From positions 36,506 to 100,505 of the forward strand of contig JAFGNJ010000027.1 in NCBI GenBank assembly GCA_016927065.1: a stretch of DNA of 64,000 nucleotides, in the 5' to 3' direction. Shown here in pieces: positions 1-9,205 of the stretch. The number at the start of each line of letters is the position of its first letter. The first letter of the stretch is position 1. Source of the stretch: Deltaproteobacteria bacterium (GTDB lineage Bacteria > Desulfobacterota > B13-G15 > RBG-16-54-18). The position numbers and the translations under genes were made by a program. The notes under the pieces are model-generated. The model was not told the origin of the DNA and made no database searches. It was given only the letters and a program-made list of their open reading frames with translations.

Positions 1-1
1 G

Positions 2-373
2 ATGATGACCGCACTCGGCGGCCCGTCTATCTCCTGCTCTATGTATACCTCTTTCGGCGACGCCGTCAGGGGCTTTTCAAAGAACTTTTACCCCGGTTTC
101 AATACCACACCGTCGCGCTTTTCCTGTATGATCGCCATGTTTGCCTTTTTTTATCTCTTGCCGTTTTTTCTCGTTTTTTTCTATTCCGGAGTTCTTGTCC
201 CACTGGGATTGATATGTCTGCAACGCCTCCTCCTTGCCTTGACCGATCGGCAGAATCCCATTACCAATTGCCTCTTGCATCCCATTCAGATGGTCTTCAT
301 GGTTGTGGTAGGGGTCAATTCGATGCGTGTGGCTGAGGGCAAAAAGATCGTATGGAAGGGCCGCCGGGTATAA
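2..373 (+). CDS. C-terminal fragment of a membrane protein, truncated at window start; possibly the end of a glycosyltransferase
   Basis: ORF open to the window edge; hydrophobic helices (FAFFYLLPFFLVFFYSGVLVPLGLI); no catalytic motif visible in the fragment. Confidence 0.3.
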   Translation: MMTALGGPSISCSMYTSFGDAVRGFSKNFYPGFNTTPSRFSCMIAMFAFFYLLPFFLVFFYSGVLVPLGLICLQRLLLALTDRQNPITNCLLHPIQMVFMVVVGVNSMRVAEGKKIVWKGRRV

Positions 374-999
374 TCGCCAGGCTCAATTTTTTCAGAGGTC
401 TCGCTATCATCTATGCGGTCGGTCTTGCTGGGCACCTCATAACCCCGCTCAGGCCGCTAATGCTTGCAATAACGCCCTATGTCCTTTTGATAACGGGCGG
501 GATTGTCCTTGTGCCGGTGATCAAGGAGAGGAATTGGCGTGTGTTCGCGTGGTTATTGGGGGCAGGGGTGATCACCTTCTTCATTGAGGTCGTAGGCGTT
601 TCCACGGGGAAGATCTTTGGAAGCTATTCTTATACTGATGTCTTGGGCGCGCGGGTCTTGGGGGTCCCCCCCCTCATCGGTTTCAACTGGATGCTTGTGC
701 TCTTCGGCTGCGGCAACCTGGCACAGATCATTTCCCAACGTGCCGCCCTCCGGATCGCCATAGCCATCCTCTGTGCGCCCCTTTTTGATTATGTAATGGA
801 GCCCGTTGCCGTTGCCTTCAACTATTGGGGGTGGCAGGGAGGAGCACCGCCCATGCAGAACTACATCATATGGGGTTTGATCTCCGGTGTTATGTGCAGC
901 TTGTATCTCTTGTTCCGGTGCAACACGCAAAAGGCATTGCCGGCGTATTACCTCGCCATTCAGCTCGCTTATTTTTTTATACTCAAATTTATCGTGTGA
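352..999 (+). CDS. polytopic integral membrane protein, possibly carotenoid/isoprenoid-lipid associated (DUF422-like)
   Basis: 215 aa, about 6 predicted hydrophobic helices, no soluble domain; lies beside isoprenoid genes; family assignment from memory only. Confidence 0.45.
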   Translation: MEGPPGIIARLNFFRGLAIIYAVGLAGHLITPLRPLMLAITPYVLLITGGIVLVPVIKERNWRVFAWLLGAGVITFFIEVVGVSTGKIFGSYSYTDVLGARVLGVPPLIGFNWMLVLFGCGNLAQIISQRAALRIAIAILCAPLFDYVMEPVAVAFNYWGWQGGAPPMQNYIIWGLISGVMCSLYLLFRCNTQKALPAYYLAIQLAYFFILKFIV

Positions 1000-1075
1000 T
1001 TAGCCAGAAAATAAATGTTTTGCTTGCAACTTGTGAGAAGGGTGAAAAATCGCAATAGCAATGTTCTCGGTATTA

Positions 1076-2158
1076 TCAATAGCCTCGCTTAGCCAGGAAC
1101 TGCAAAAGGTGATGCAAGACGGGGTGTGAAAAGTTGATGGCATCGGCAATGGACTCAGCCCTATGTAATTGTTGATCAATAAATTCTTGCGCCTCAGCCA
1201 CGATCCCCGCCTCTACAACGGCGTCTCTGGCCGCAGGAAATTCCGGCAGGGCAAAGAGGTCCTGTGGAAGTTGAGGGTTTGCCGTGGCCTTCTGGTGATA
1301 GCCGATGGTGAGGTAGGTCTTTTTCTTTCGCCGCCAGTCGCTCCCGACATCTTTACCGAGGGCCTTTTCATCCGCCATGAAATCCAAGAGATCGTCCCTG
1401 ACTTGGAAGGCCAAACCGATGTGTTCCCCCATTTCTTTTAATGCCCCTAATGCATCAGTGGTGGACGCGCTGGAGAGGTATCCAAATTCGAAGGCCAAGG
1501 AAATAAGGCGCGCCGTCTTTTGAGAGATCATGAGGAGATAGTCATCCAGGTTAACATCATCTCTCGTCTCAAATGCTTTATCCCGCGCCTGACCTTCACA
1601 CACCACATACATGCCATCGGTAAAGGCATTAATCATGGTCATGAGTTGGGGTGAAGAGGAGGTTAACAGCTTCCGGTAGGCCAAGGCAATCATGGCATCA
1701 CCCGACAATACGGCAGTGCCGAGATCCCATTTTGCATGCACTGTTTCACATCCCCGCCTAAAACGATCGTCGTCCATGATATCATCATGGACGAGGGTGA
1801 AGTCATGCAGGACCTCGATGGCCACGGCAGAAGGAATGGCATTTTCGTAACTATTATAAAAGTGTTCCGCAGTAATTAAAGTGATCAACGGTCGAATCCG
1901 TTTTCCCGGCAAGGTGAAAAAATATGCAATGGGATCACGCAGTAATTCAACTTCTGTGAAGTTGTCGAATTGCCGCAATTCCATATCAACTCTTTCTTGA
2001 TAGGGGCGCAATATTTTCTTAAATGATTCCATCACTTGCTCATACAATGAAACAGTACCCCTCTTGATCCTAGAAGACAAGATCGGCGTGTGACAAAGGG
2101 CATGACAGCATATTCTATATGTTTTGTCAATAAAAACGCTATCTATATTTACTTTCAC
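1076..2158 (-). CDS. polyprenyl diphosphate synthase (trans-isoprenyl diphosphate synthase family)
   Basis: First Asp-rich motif LVHDDIMDDD and second motif FQVRDDLLD; true start probably the internal Met of MESFKKIL near 2032. Confidence 0.9.
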   Translation of the reverse strand: MKVNIDSVFIDKTYRICCHALCHTPILSSRIKRGTVSLYEQVMESFKKILRPYQERVDMELRQFDNFTEVELLRDPIAYFFTLPGKRIRPLITLITAEHFYNSYENAIPSAVAIEVLHDFTLVHDDIMDDDRFRRGCETVHAKWDLGTAVLSGDAMIALAYRKLLTSSSPQLMTMINAFTDGMYVVCEGQARDKAFETRDDVNLDDYLLMISQKTARLISLAFEFGYLSSASTTDALGALKEMGEHIGLAFQVRDDLLDFMADEKALGKDVGSDWRRKKKTYLTIGYHQKATANPQLPQDLFALPEFPAARDAVVEAGIVAEAQEFIDQQLHRAESIADAINFSHPVLHHLLQFLAKRGY

Positions 2159-2248
2159 GGCAGTTGGTTTGTCAAGACAGTTGTAATTCGCTGTGATCTT
2201 CCCTACAATAATTTAGCTACATGAGTACCACGCAAAGGAGAGGATGGT

Positions 2249-3982
2249 TTGAAGGTTAAGTTGGCAAGGACAGCGGGTTTCTGCATGGGGGTCCGACGCG
2301 CCATGGAGATAGTCCTAACGGAGATCAATAAAGGGACCTCTCCCCTGTATACCTACGGTCCTCTTATTCATAACCAACAGGTATTAGGGCTGCTCGAAAC
2401 CAAAGGTGTGAAGGCAGTCGATGATATCACGGATCTGGATGAAGGGACCATCATCATTCGGGCGCACGGTATCCCTCCGGCAGAGCGCCGTCGCATCAAG
2501 TCTTCCGGCCTGCGGATCAGGGATGCCACCTGCCCTCGTGTGGCCCGGGTACAGGCGATTATCAGCTCTTACACCAAGCAGGGATATCACGCCGTCATCG
2601 TGGGTGACAAGGATCACCCAGAGGTCAAGGGCCTGATGGGCTATGCCAACGGCAGGGCACACGCCATTAAGAGTGCGAAGGGAGCTTCTCAACTGCCTCG
2701 CATGCGAAAGGTTTTTGTAGTCGCCCAGACCACCCAGGCAGGCCCGACCTTTCGCGAAGTGGTGAAGGCCATCAAGGGTCGATTCCCAGACGCACTTGTC
2801 TTTGATACGATTTGCGACGCCACCTATCGTCGCCAGCGGGAGGTCAGGGCGTTATCGGATCATGTCGACGGCGTGGTGGTGGTGGGGGGCTATAACAGCG
2901 GGAATACCCAACGGCTCGCCCAGATCTCACAGGAAGCGGGGATGCCGACCTTCCACGTGGAGACCGAGGAGGAACTCGACAGTGAGAAATTGCGGGATAT
3001 GGAGGTGATAGGGGTTACGGCAGGTGCCTCGACCCCCACCTGGATGATCAAGAGCGTCGTCAGAGAGATAGAGGGCATACAGAGCCGTACCGAGACCTTG
3101 CTCGGCCGTTGGGTCATCAAGGCCGCTCGTTTCTTGTTGCTGAGCAATGTGGTCACGGCAGGAGGGGCCTTTGCCCTTGCCTATGCGGCCGCCCTCCTCG
3201 CAGGGAGAGATACCGGCATTATCTATCCATCGTTAGCCTTTTTTTATATTTACGCCATGCACGTACTAAATCGTTTTTTGGATAAGGGTGCCAGCGCTTA
3301 TAATGATCCTGAGGTAGCTACCTTTTACAGGAAATATCGGACCTTTTTAGTCGTATCGGGAGTTGTCTCTATTATAATGGCTCTTACCCTTTCCTGGTAT
3401 CTGGGTCTGTGGGTTTTTGTCGCCATGGCAGGGTTAAACCTCCTGGGGATCGTATACAGTGTACCCCTTGTGCCGGCAGGCATCAGGCATCTGTGGCCAT
3501 ACACCCGCATTAAGGACTTTCCTGGATCCAAGACCCTCTCGGAGGCCCTGGCTTGGGGGGTGGTGATCGCCCTCCTGCCCCTGTTAGGCCCCCGTCACGT
3601 TGCACTACTGAGTTCATTAGCAGCATTCATCTTCGTATTTTCCCTTACCTATATCCGGTCGGCCATCTTCGACATCTTTCAAGAGCAAGGGGACCTCATC
3701 GTAGGGGCAGAGACCCTGCCCATTATGCTGGGAGAGGAGAGGACCCTGCTGTTGTTGAAGGGTGTCGTCGTGTTTGCGGGGTTGTTCCTCATCGCAGCCC
3801 CCCTCTCCGGTGCGGTTGGCCCTTTTGCATATCTCCTGATTCTTACGGTCATCTCTTCGGCCTTCTGCCTCCTGGCATATGAGAAGCGGTGGCTTTTCCC
3901 CGGCAGGCGCTTTGAGGCCTTGGTGGAAGGCAATTTCTTCCTAGCGGGACTTTTGGGGTTGATATGGCAGATTCTTACATAA
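2249..3982 (+). CDS. ispH: IspH (4-hydroxy-3-methylbut-2-enyl diphosphate reductase) fused to a C-terminal UbiA-like polytopic prenyltransferase domain
   Basis: N-terminus MKVKLARTAGFCMGVRRA is typical IspH; after about residue 285 the protein becomes polytopic with Asp-containing motifs (HVLNRFLDKGASAYND, DIFQEQGD). Confidence 0.85.
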   Translation: MKVKLARTAGFCMGVRRAMEIVLTEINKGTSPLYTYGPLIHNQQVLGLLETKGVKAVDDITDLDEGTIIIRAHGIPPAERRRIKSSGLRIRDATCPRVARVQAIISSYTKQGYHAVIVGDKDHPEVKGLMGYANGRAHAIKSAKGASQLPRMRKVFVVAQTTQAGPTFREVVKAIKGRFPDALVFDTICDATYRRQREVRALSDHVDGVVVVGGYNSGNTQRLAQISQEAGMPTFHVETEEELDSEKLRDMEVIGVTAGASTPTWMIKSVVREIEGIQSRTETLLGRWVIKAARFLLLSNVVTAGGAFALAYAAALLAGRDTGIIYPSLAFFYIYAMHVLNRFLDKGASAYNDPEVATFYRKYRTFLVVSGVVSIIMALTLSWYLGLWVFVAMAGLNLLGIVYSVPLVPAGIRHLWPYTRIKDFPGSKTLSEALAWGVVIALLPLLGPRHVALLSSLAAFIFVFSLTYIRSAIFDIFQEQGDLIVGAETLPIMLGEERTLLLLKGVVVFAGLFLIAAPLSGAVGPFAYLLILTVISSAFCLLAYEKRWLFPGRRFEALVEGNFFLAGLLGLIWQILT

Positions 3983-4057
3983 CTGGCCCATGGATATAGC
4001 TGCCGTTATTTATGGTATTTTTTTATCTTTCAATTTAGACAGGGTAGAAGATAGCAG

Positions 4058-4330
4058 ATGAATGCATTGATAGATATGCTGCAAAACAATGACGTCCTGT
4101 TGGGATTTGCCAGCGTCGAGATAAAATTTGCCTATCTCGGATCGCTCTTCGCCACCTTGCTCTGCGTGATCTATGGTCTGATGATGTGGAACACGTGCAG
4201 AAAAGCTGCACGGGTACGGAGATCAGTGAAGACGATACGGGTGAAACAAAGAAGACCATCTCGAAGGAGACCAGCGAAGACGGTACGGGTCAGACAAATA
4301 AGACCATCCCGGCGGAGACGGCAACGCTAA
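4058..4330 (+). CDS. small ORF with hydrophobic N-terminus and Arg-rich repeat tail; coding status uncertain
   Basis: ATG ORF whose C-terminal half is encoded by an imperfect ~45-nt tandem DNA repeat; same DNA read in the symporter frame gives an acidic repeat. Confidence 0.2.
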   Translation: MNALIDMLQNNDVLLGFASVEIKFAYLGSLFATLLCVIYGLMMWNTCRKAARVRRSVKTIRVKQRRPSRRRPAKTVRVRQIRPSRRRRQR

Positions 4331-4344
4331 GAGAGGGCAGAGAG

Positions 4345-5955
4345 ATGTTTTTTTATTATAATATTATAATCGCTATCGTATACCTTATCGTCTTGGTCTC
4401 CCTTGCATACAAGGTGCATACGAGGACCAGCACGGCCTCCGATAATACGATCGCCGCCAGAGAGATGCGCCCCAGTGTGATGGCCTTATCGTATGGGGCG
4501 GGATTTCTCGGTACGACGGCGGTTATTGGATTTGGAGGGGCTGCGGCATTGTTTGGGTGTTCCCTCTTGTGGTTGAGTTTTTTCACTATCCTTGTGGGGA
4601 TTTTTATAGCCTTCGTTTTTTTCGGCAGGCGGACCCGACGCATGGGGATGGCCCTCAATGCCCATACCTTTCCGGAAATTTTGGGTGAGCGGTATCAGTC
4701 TCGTTTCATTCAGGGTTTTGCCGGGATGGTGGTCTTTGTCTTTATCCCCATCTATGCAGCCGCTATCCTCATCGGGGTCGCACGGTTCATCGAGGTTTTC
4801 CTCCATATACCCTATGTCGTGGCTCTAGGAACGTTCTCATTTTTTTTAGTTCTGTACGTTATCCTGGGCGGGTTTAAGGCCGTGTTGTATACCGATGCCT
4901 TTCAGGGTGTTGTCATGTTTGTCCTGATGGTGATCTTTTGCTACTTGACCTACCATATCCTTGGTGGAATCATTCCAGCTCATCAGGCCCTGACTGATAT
5001 CGCCCCGCTGGTCCCTGAACACTTGGTCCGCGAAGGTCATCTGGGTTGGACGGCAGGGCTGAGAATAGGGAGCCCCTTGTGGTGGACTGCGTGGTCCAGC
5101 CTCATCTACGGTGTGGGGATCGGTATTCTCGCTCAACCCCAGCTCGTTGAGAGATTTTTGAGGTCCCCTTCGGATCGAGATTTGAACCGTTCCGTATTGG
5201 TGGGAGGGATTTTTCTTTTGGCCATGATCGGGGTCCCTCTCACCGTCGGCCCCTTGACCAATAGTATTTTTATGGAAAGGTTTGGCTACATTGCTATAGT
5301 CATGGCCGAAGGAAATATGGATAAGATCATTCCGCTCTATATCGATACCGTTATGCCCTGGTGGTTTGGCATTGTCTTTCTGATGGGGATCTTGACGGCC
5401 TCTCTGGCTGCCTTAAGCTCGCAATTGCATGTAGGAGGCGCTTCTTTTGGGAGGGATTTTTACGGCAAGGCCATGGGGCTGCATGGGGCGATGGAGGGTT
5501 TTACCACTAAGTTGGGGATAACCATGACCATTATCGCAACTATTCTTTGGGGGCTTGTGTTGCCTCCGAGCGTGATCGTTCGCGCTACCGCCTTCTTTTT
5601 TGGACTTTGCGCCGCCTCTTTTTTACCGCTCTATTTTTTTGGCCTCTATTGGAAGGGGGTTACCAAGGCAGGGGGTATCGCAAGCATGGTGGGGGGGATC
5701 GTGGTAAGTTTTATCTGGATGATTTTTTTTCACGACCAGGAATCAACGATCATCGGGCTTTGCCGAGTCCTCTTCGGCGCGTCAAACCTGGTGGCGGACT
5801 TTCCGCCTCACTCCTGGATATGGCAGTTGCAGTATGTGGACCCCGTTATCGTCGCCCTTCCCCTCTCCTGTGTCCTCTGCTTACTGGTCAGCTCTCTGAC
5901 GCGGAAGATGCCCAGGGGCCACCTCAACCTCTGTTTTAAGTATATATCAAAATAA
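4345..5955 (+). CDS. sodium:solute symporter family transporter
   Basis: Polytopic protein with SSS-like N-terminal TM pattern; ATG at 4345 preceded by AGAGGG Shine-Dalgarno; longest ORF begins at GTG 4186. Confidence 0.85.
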   Translation: MFFYYNIIIAIVYLIVLVSLAYKVHTRTSTASDNTIAAREMRPSVMALSYGAGFLGTTAVIGFGGAAALFGCSLLWLSFFTILVGIFIAFVFFGRRTRRMGMALNAHTFPEILGERYQSRFIQGFAGMVVFVFIPIYAAAILIGVARFIEVFLHIPYVVALGTFSFFLVLYVILGGFKAVLYTDAFQGVVMFVLMVIFCYLTYHILGGIIPAHQALTDIAPLVPEHLVREGHLGWTAGLRIGSPLWWTAWSSLIYGVGIGILAQPQLVERFLRSPSDRDLNRSVLVGGIFLLAMIGVPLTVGPLTNSIFMERFGYIAIVMAEGNMDKIIPLYIDTVMPWWFGIVFLMGILTASLAALSSQLHVGGASFGRDFYGKAMGLHGAMEGFTTKLGITMTIIATILWGLVLPPSVIVRATAFFFGLCAASFLPLYFFGLYWKGVTKAGGIASMVGGIVVSFIWMIFFHDQESTIIGLCRVLFGASNLVADFPPHSWIWQLQYVDPVIVALPLSCVLCLLVSSLTRKMPRGHLNLCFKYISK

Positions 5956-6058
5956 AGGGTTCAAGCGTATTGTCATAGAGAAAGTCATTAGATCTTCAGC
6001 CCTTGCATATCTGAGATGAATCAATTGTCTCTTCGCGATGTTTTGGAAGAGCCCCTTC

Positions 6059-7054
6059 TCATTTCCTTTTCATCACCCTACCTTTTGATGCCTTCCTTGT
6101 TATCCTCCTCTTTTTCCTCTTGGGGATTTTTTTGAGTGATTCGGCTTCGACGAATATTTTCTTCACAGCGGACACTTGCTCTTGGATGCCCCGTTCTACC
6201 TTATCGATGGCCTCCTCGACCTGATCCGTGTTGAGGCCGTCCACAAAGTTGACGTCGATGTTGACCAGAATTTCCTCAGGTCCCAGGTGCATGGTGAGTA
6301 GATTTACAACTTCCTTTACCTCTGGGACAGTGTTGATGGCCGCCCTGATTTTTCTCAAATCTCCCTGTGATACCCCCTCCCCGATCAGGAGGCTCTTGGT
6401 TTCTAAGAAGAGTACAAAGGCTACCAGCGCAAGGATAATCCCAATGACAATAGAAGCCACGCCATCGAAGACGGGATTTTTGGTGAGTGATGAGAGAAGG
6501 ATACCCCCCAAGGCTATAGAGAGCCCGAGAATGGCGGCGGAATCCTCCATAAAGATGATGAAGATGGCCGGTGTCTTTGAATCACGGATAGTCCTAAAGA
6601 CCCCCCGTCTTTTAATGGTCCCCTTCAATGTGCGGAAGGCAATCCGCCAGGAATAACTATCAAAGAAGAAGGAGAGAACAATTACTACATACCCCCATCC
6701 TGCGTGCCTGAGAGGTTCGGGGTGGAGGATTTTTGTGATCCCTTCATGAACGGAGAAGACGGCCCCAATGATGAAGACGGAGAGAGAGACGACAAAGGCC
6801 CAGAAGTATCGCTCCATGCCGTAGCCAAAGGGGTGGTTTCGGTCAGGGGGGCGGGTGCTCAGCCGTAACCCCAGCAGGAGGAAGGCCTGGTTGCTCGTAT
6901 CTGCCAGGGAGTGAAAGCCCTCGGCCAACAGGGCGGTGCTGTTAATGAAGATGGCGACGGTGAACTTCATGAGGGCGATGAAGATATTGGCCGTCAAGGC
7001 CACTCTTACCGCCCGTTTTGTCCTGGAAGTCGCTGTTGTTAAATCCTCTAACAC
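6059..7054 (-). CDS. cation diffusion facilitator family divalent-metal efflux transporter
   Basis: CDF signature region FHSLADTSNQAFLLLGLRLSTRPPDRNHPFGYGMERYF, six TM helices, cytoplasmic C-terminal domain. Confidence 0.85.
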   Translation of the reverse strand: MLEDLTTATSRTKRAVRVALTANIFIALMKFTVAIFINSTALLAEGFHSLADTSNQAFLLLGLRLSTRPPDRNHPFGYGMERYFWAFVVSLSVFIIGAVFSVHEGITKILHPEPLRHAGWGYVVIVLSFFFDSYSWRIAFRTLKGTIKRRGVFRTIRDSKTPAIFIIFMEDSAAILGLSIALGGILLSSLTKNPVFDGVASIVIGIILALVAFVLFLETKSLLIGEGVSQGDLRKIRAAINTVPEVKEVVNLLTMHLGPEEILVNIDVNFVDGLNTDQVEEAIDKVERGIQEQVSAVKKIFVEAESLKKIPKRKKRRITRKASKGRVMKRK

Positions 7055-7062
7055 CTGGTTTT

Positions 7063-8493
7063 TCAGAGTTCCTCCACGGTGATCAGATTGGTGGTCCCCG
7101 GCAAATCGACCGGGGTCCCTGCCGTAACCACCACCCGCTGACCCTTAGTCACCCATTCCTGCTGGAGGGCGGCGGTGATCCCCTTGCCCACGATCTCATC
7201 GACGTTGGTGAATTCGGGCACCAGGATGGGGTGCACACCCCAGGAGAGGATGAGTTGCCTGACAGTGGTGGGTTGGGGACTAAAGGCGAGGATGGGATAG
7301 CGGGGTCGATATCGGGAGACCAAACGGGCTGTCCTGCCTGTACGAGTGGGGGTAATAATCGCAGCCACTCCCAGGTCCTCGGCCAACTGGCAGGCGGCAT
7401 GGCTCATAGAATCGGCGATCTCCCCCTTCTGATACGGGTCGGTGGGGAGGAAGGCTGCATGGGGGAAACTTCGCTCCGTCGCCTCGGCGATCATCACCAT
7501 GAACCGCACCGCCTCGACAGGATATCTCCCCATGGCGGTCTCTTCCGATAGCATGATGGCATCGGTGCCGTCGAAGATGGCGTTGGCCACATCCGATGCC
7601 TCAGCTCTGGTGGGCCGCGGAGTATCCACCATTGACCGCAGCATCTGGGTGGCGGTGATAACGGGTTTCCCAAGGCTATTGGCCCGCTTGATCAGGTCTT
7701 TTTGCACCAGAGGGACCTGCTCCAGAGGAATCTCAACACCCAGATCACCTCTGGCCACCATGATGCCGTCGGCCTCGTTCATGATCTCTTCAATGTGTTG
7801 TAAGGCCTCGTGTCGTTCTATTTTTGCGATGATGGGAATATCGGCATGATGAGAATTCAAGACCTCCCTGGCATCTTGAATATCCTCACCCCCCCTGACG
7901 TAGGAAAGTGCGACGAAGTCTACCTCCGCCTGTACACCGAACAGGAGATCGTCCTTATCTTTGTCCGTGAGGACCTTTGTCCGCAATTCTCCACTGGGGA
8001 TATTGATGCCTTTATGGGAACTGAGGTCTCCTCCCACCACCACCTGACACGTAATCTCAGGGGGCTGAATCGCAACTACCGTGACCTCGAGAGTTCCATC
8101 CGCCAGCAGGATTGAGTTTCCCTCGCTGACGTCGTTTGTCAGACCAGGGTAGGTGACCGATAGCTTCTGTGCATTGCCCATGATTTGTTCTGTAGTCAAG
8201 GTGACGGTTGTGCCCGTTTCCAGATGTACGGTTCCTCCCTCGATCTCCCCCACTCGTACCTTTCCCCCACCGAGGTCTTGGAGGATGGCCACCGGTCTCC
8301 CAGCCTTTTCGCTTAGTCGCTTCAACAGAGTGATTTTTTCGCCATGGTCCCGACGATCTCCATGGGAGAAGTTGAGACGAGCCACATCCATGCCTTGTCT
8401 GATCATCTCCTCCATGATGACGGGATTACTGCTGGCTGGCCCGATGGTACAAACTATTTTTGTCTTTCTTATTTTCTTGCTTGGTTCCTTCAC
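7063..8493 (-). CDS. pyk: pyruvate kinase
   Basis: KIVCTIGPAS N-terminus, MVARGDLGVEIP motif, full-length 476 aa; GTG start. Confidence 0.95.
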   Translation of the reverse strand: MKEPSKKIRKTKIVCTIGPASSNPVIMEEMIRQGMDVARLNFSHGDRRDHGEKITLLKRLSEKAGRPVAILQDLGGGKVRVGEIEGGTVHLETGTTVTLTTEQIMGNAQKLSVTYPGLTNDVSEGNSILLADGTLEVTVVAIQPPEITCQVVVGGDLSSHKGINIPSGELRTKVLTDKDKDDLLFGVQAEVDFVALSYVRGGEDIQDAREVLNSHHADIPIIAKIERHEALQHIEEIMNEADGIMVARGDLGVEIPLEQVPLVQKDLIKRANSLGKPVITATQMLRSMVDTPRPTRAEASDVANAIFDGTDAIMLSEETAMGRYPVEAVRFMVMIAEATERSFPHAAFLPTDPYQKGEIADSMSHAACQLAEDLGVAAIITPTRTGRTARLVSRYRPRYPILAFSPQPTTVRQLILSWGVHPILVPEFTNVDEIVGKGITAALQQEWVTKGQRVVVTAGTPVDLPGTTNLITVEEL

Positions 8494-8627
8494 TCGACGA
8501 TCCCCTTTTTTTCTTGGCTCCAGGAGTATTTTTCGTCATCTGGACATAGCAATACTTTTTCGCCGTCCGCCAACGTTTTTTGTATGTTAAGCGCCGTTAT
8601 AAAAAATGGACGTATACAATGGACACA

Positions 8628-8660
8628 AAAGGGCCTATCTACTATAGGCCCTTTCTTTTT
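8628..8660 (-). terminator. intrinsic terminator hairpin (11-bp stem AAAGGGCCTAT/ATAGGCCCTTT, 5-nt loop) flanked by T-runs on both strands
   Basis: Perfect inverted repeat read directly; lies about 40 nt downstream of the minus-strand small-protein gene ending at 8697. Confidence 0.55.
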
Positions 8661-8696
8661 ACAAACTGGTTGTCCTATCCTCCTTATGGTGTAACG

Positions 8697-8951
8697 CTAC
8701 TGATCTTCTCCTTCACTCGGCTCCTTTTTTGGCGTGGTCTTCACCTCTTTAGCCCTCAGACCCGTCTCTAATTTGTCAAGGACGTCGGCTGTCTTCTCCC
8801 GCAGGGAATTTGTTGCCTTGATAATGGCATCACCGATCTGGCTGAGGACTTCGGTTTGTTTCTTCAGATCTCCGAGCCCCCCCGCCTTTTGAAAGGCCAG
8901 AAAGGCCAATATTAAGGCGACGATAGCAACGAACAACGCGAAACCTGCCAT
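8697..8951 (-). CDS. small membrane-anchored protein (N-terminal TM helix, charged coiled-coil tail)
   Basis: MAGFALFVAIVALILAFLAF hydrophobic start then charged helical region. Confidence 0.5.
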   Translation of the reverse strand: MAGFALFVAIVALILAFLAFQKAGGLGDLKKQTEVLSQIGDAIIKATNSLREKTADVLDKLETGLRAKEVKTTPKKEPSEGEDQ

Positions 8952-8953
8952 AC

Positions 8954-9199
8954 CTATTCACCTCCCCCTTTTTTGTCATTTTTGACGTGTCTTTTTTTCT
9001 TCTGTTTGTTGAATTGATTTATCGTGGCGATAATGTAACCCAGGATGATCCCCGCCAGAAAAGACCCGATGGTGATCAATGCCTTGGATAGCTCGGTTTC
9101 CCAAAAAAGGAATTTTACCCCTACCGGCTGGGTATTGTATAAGACATAGACGACGATGAGACAGGTGAGTACGATCAGAGTGATAACGCGCCCCGACAT
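8954..9199 (-). CDS. LapA-like (DUF1049) small inner-membrane protein
   Basis: 81 aa, two TM helices and Lys-rich C-terminus; abuts the downstream small gene. Confidence 0.5.
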   Translation of the reverse strand: MSGRVITLIVLTCLIVVYVLYNTQPVGVKFLFWETELSKALITIGSFLAGIILGYIIATINQFNKQKKKRHVKNDKKGGGE

Positions 9200-9205
9200 A
9201 GCTAG

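Noticed and set aside
553-930. Antisense ORF inside the DUF422-like membrane protein gene; similar shadow ORFs at 2384..2692, 6228..6656, 7442..7849, 10768..11286, 13280..13876, 14606..15160, 15666..16055, 20338..20832, 21252..21932, 23429..23800, 53537..53911
   Set aside because: All lie fully within better-supported genes on the opposite strand and show no domain motifs.
5946-5962. Additional TGAACC-like motif (plus strand AAAGGGTTCA, i.e. TGAACCCTTT on minus) downstream of the symporter gene
   Set aside because: Has an extra C relative to the 11-mer and points antisense into the 3' end of the symporter gene with no downstream minus-strand ORF; likely chance.
8344-8771. Plus-strand ORFs (8344..8694 and 8580..8771) spanning the pyk upstream region
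   Set aside because: They run across the strong terminator hairpin and the pyk start.
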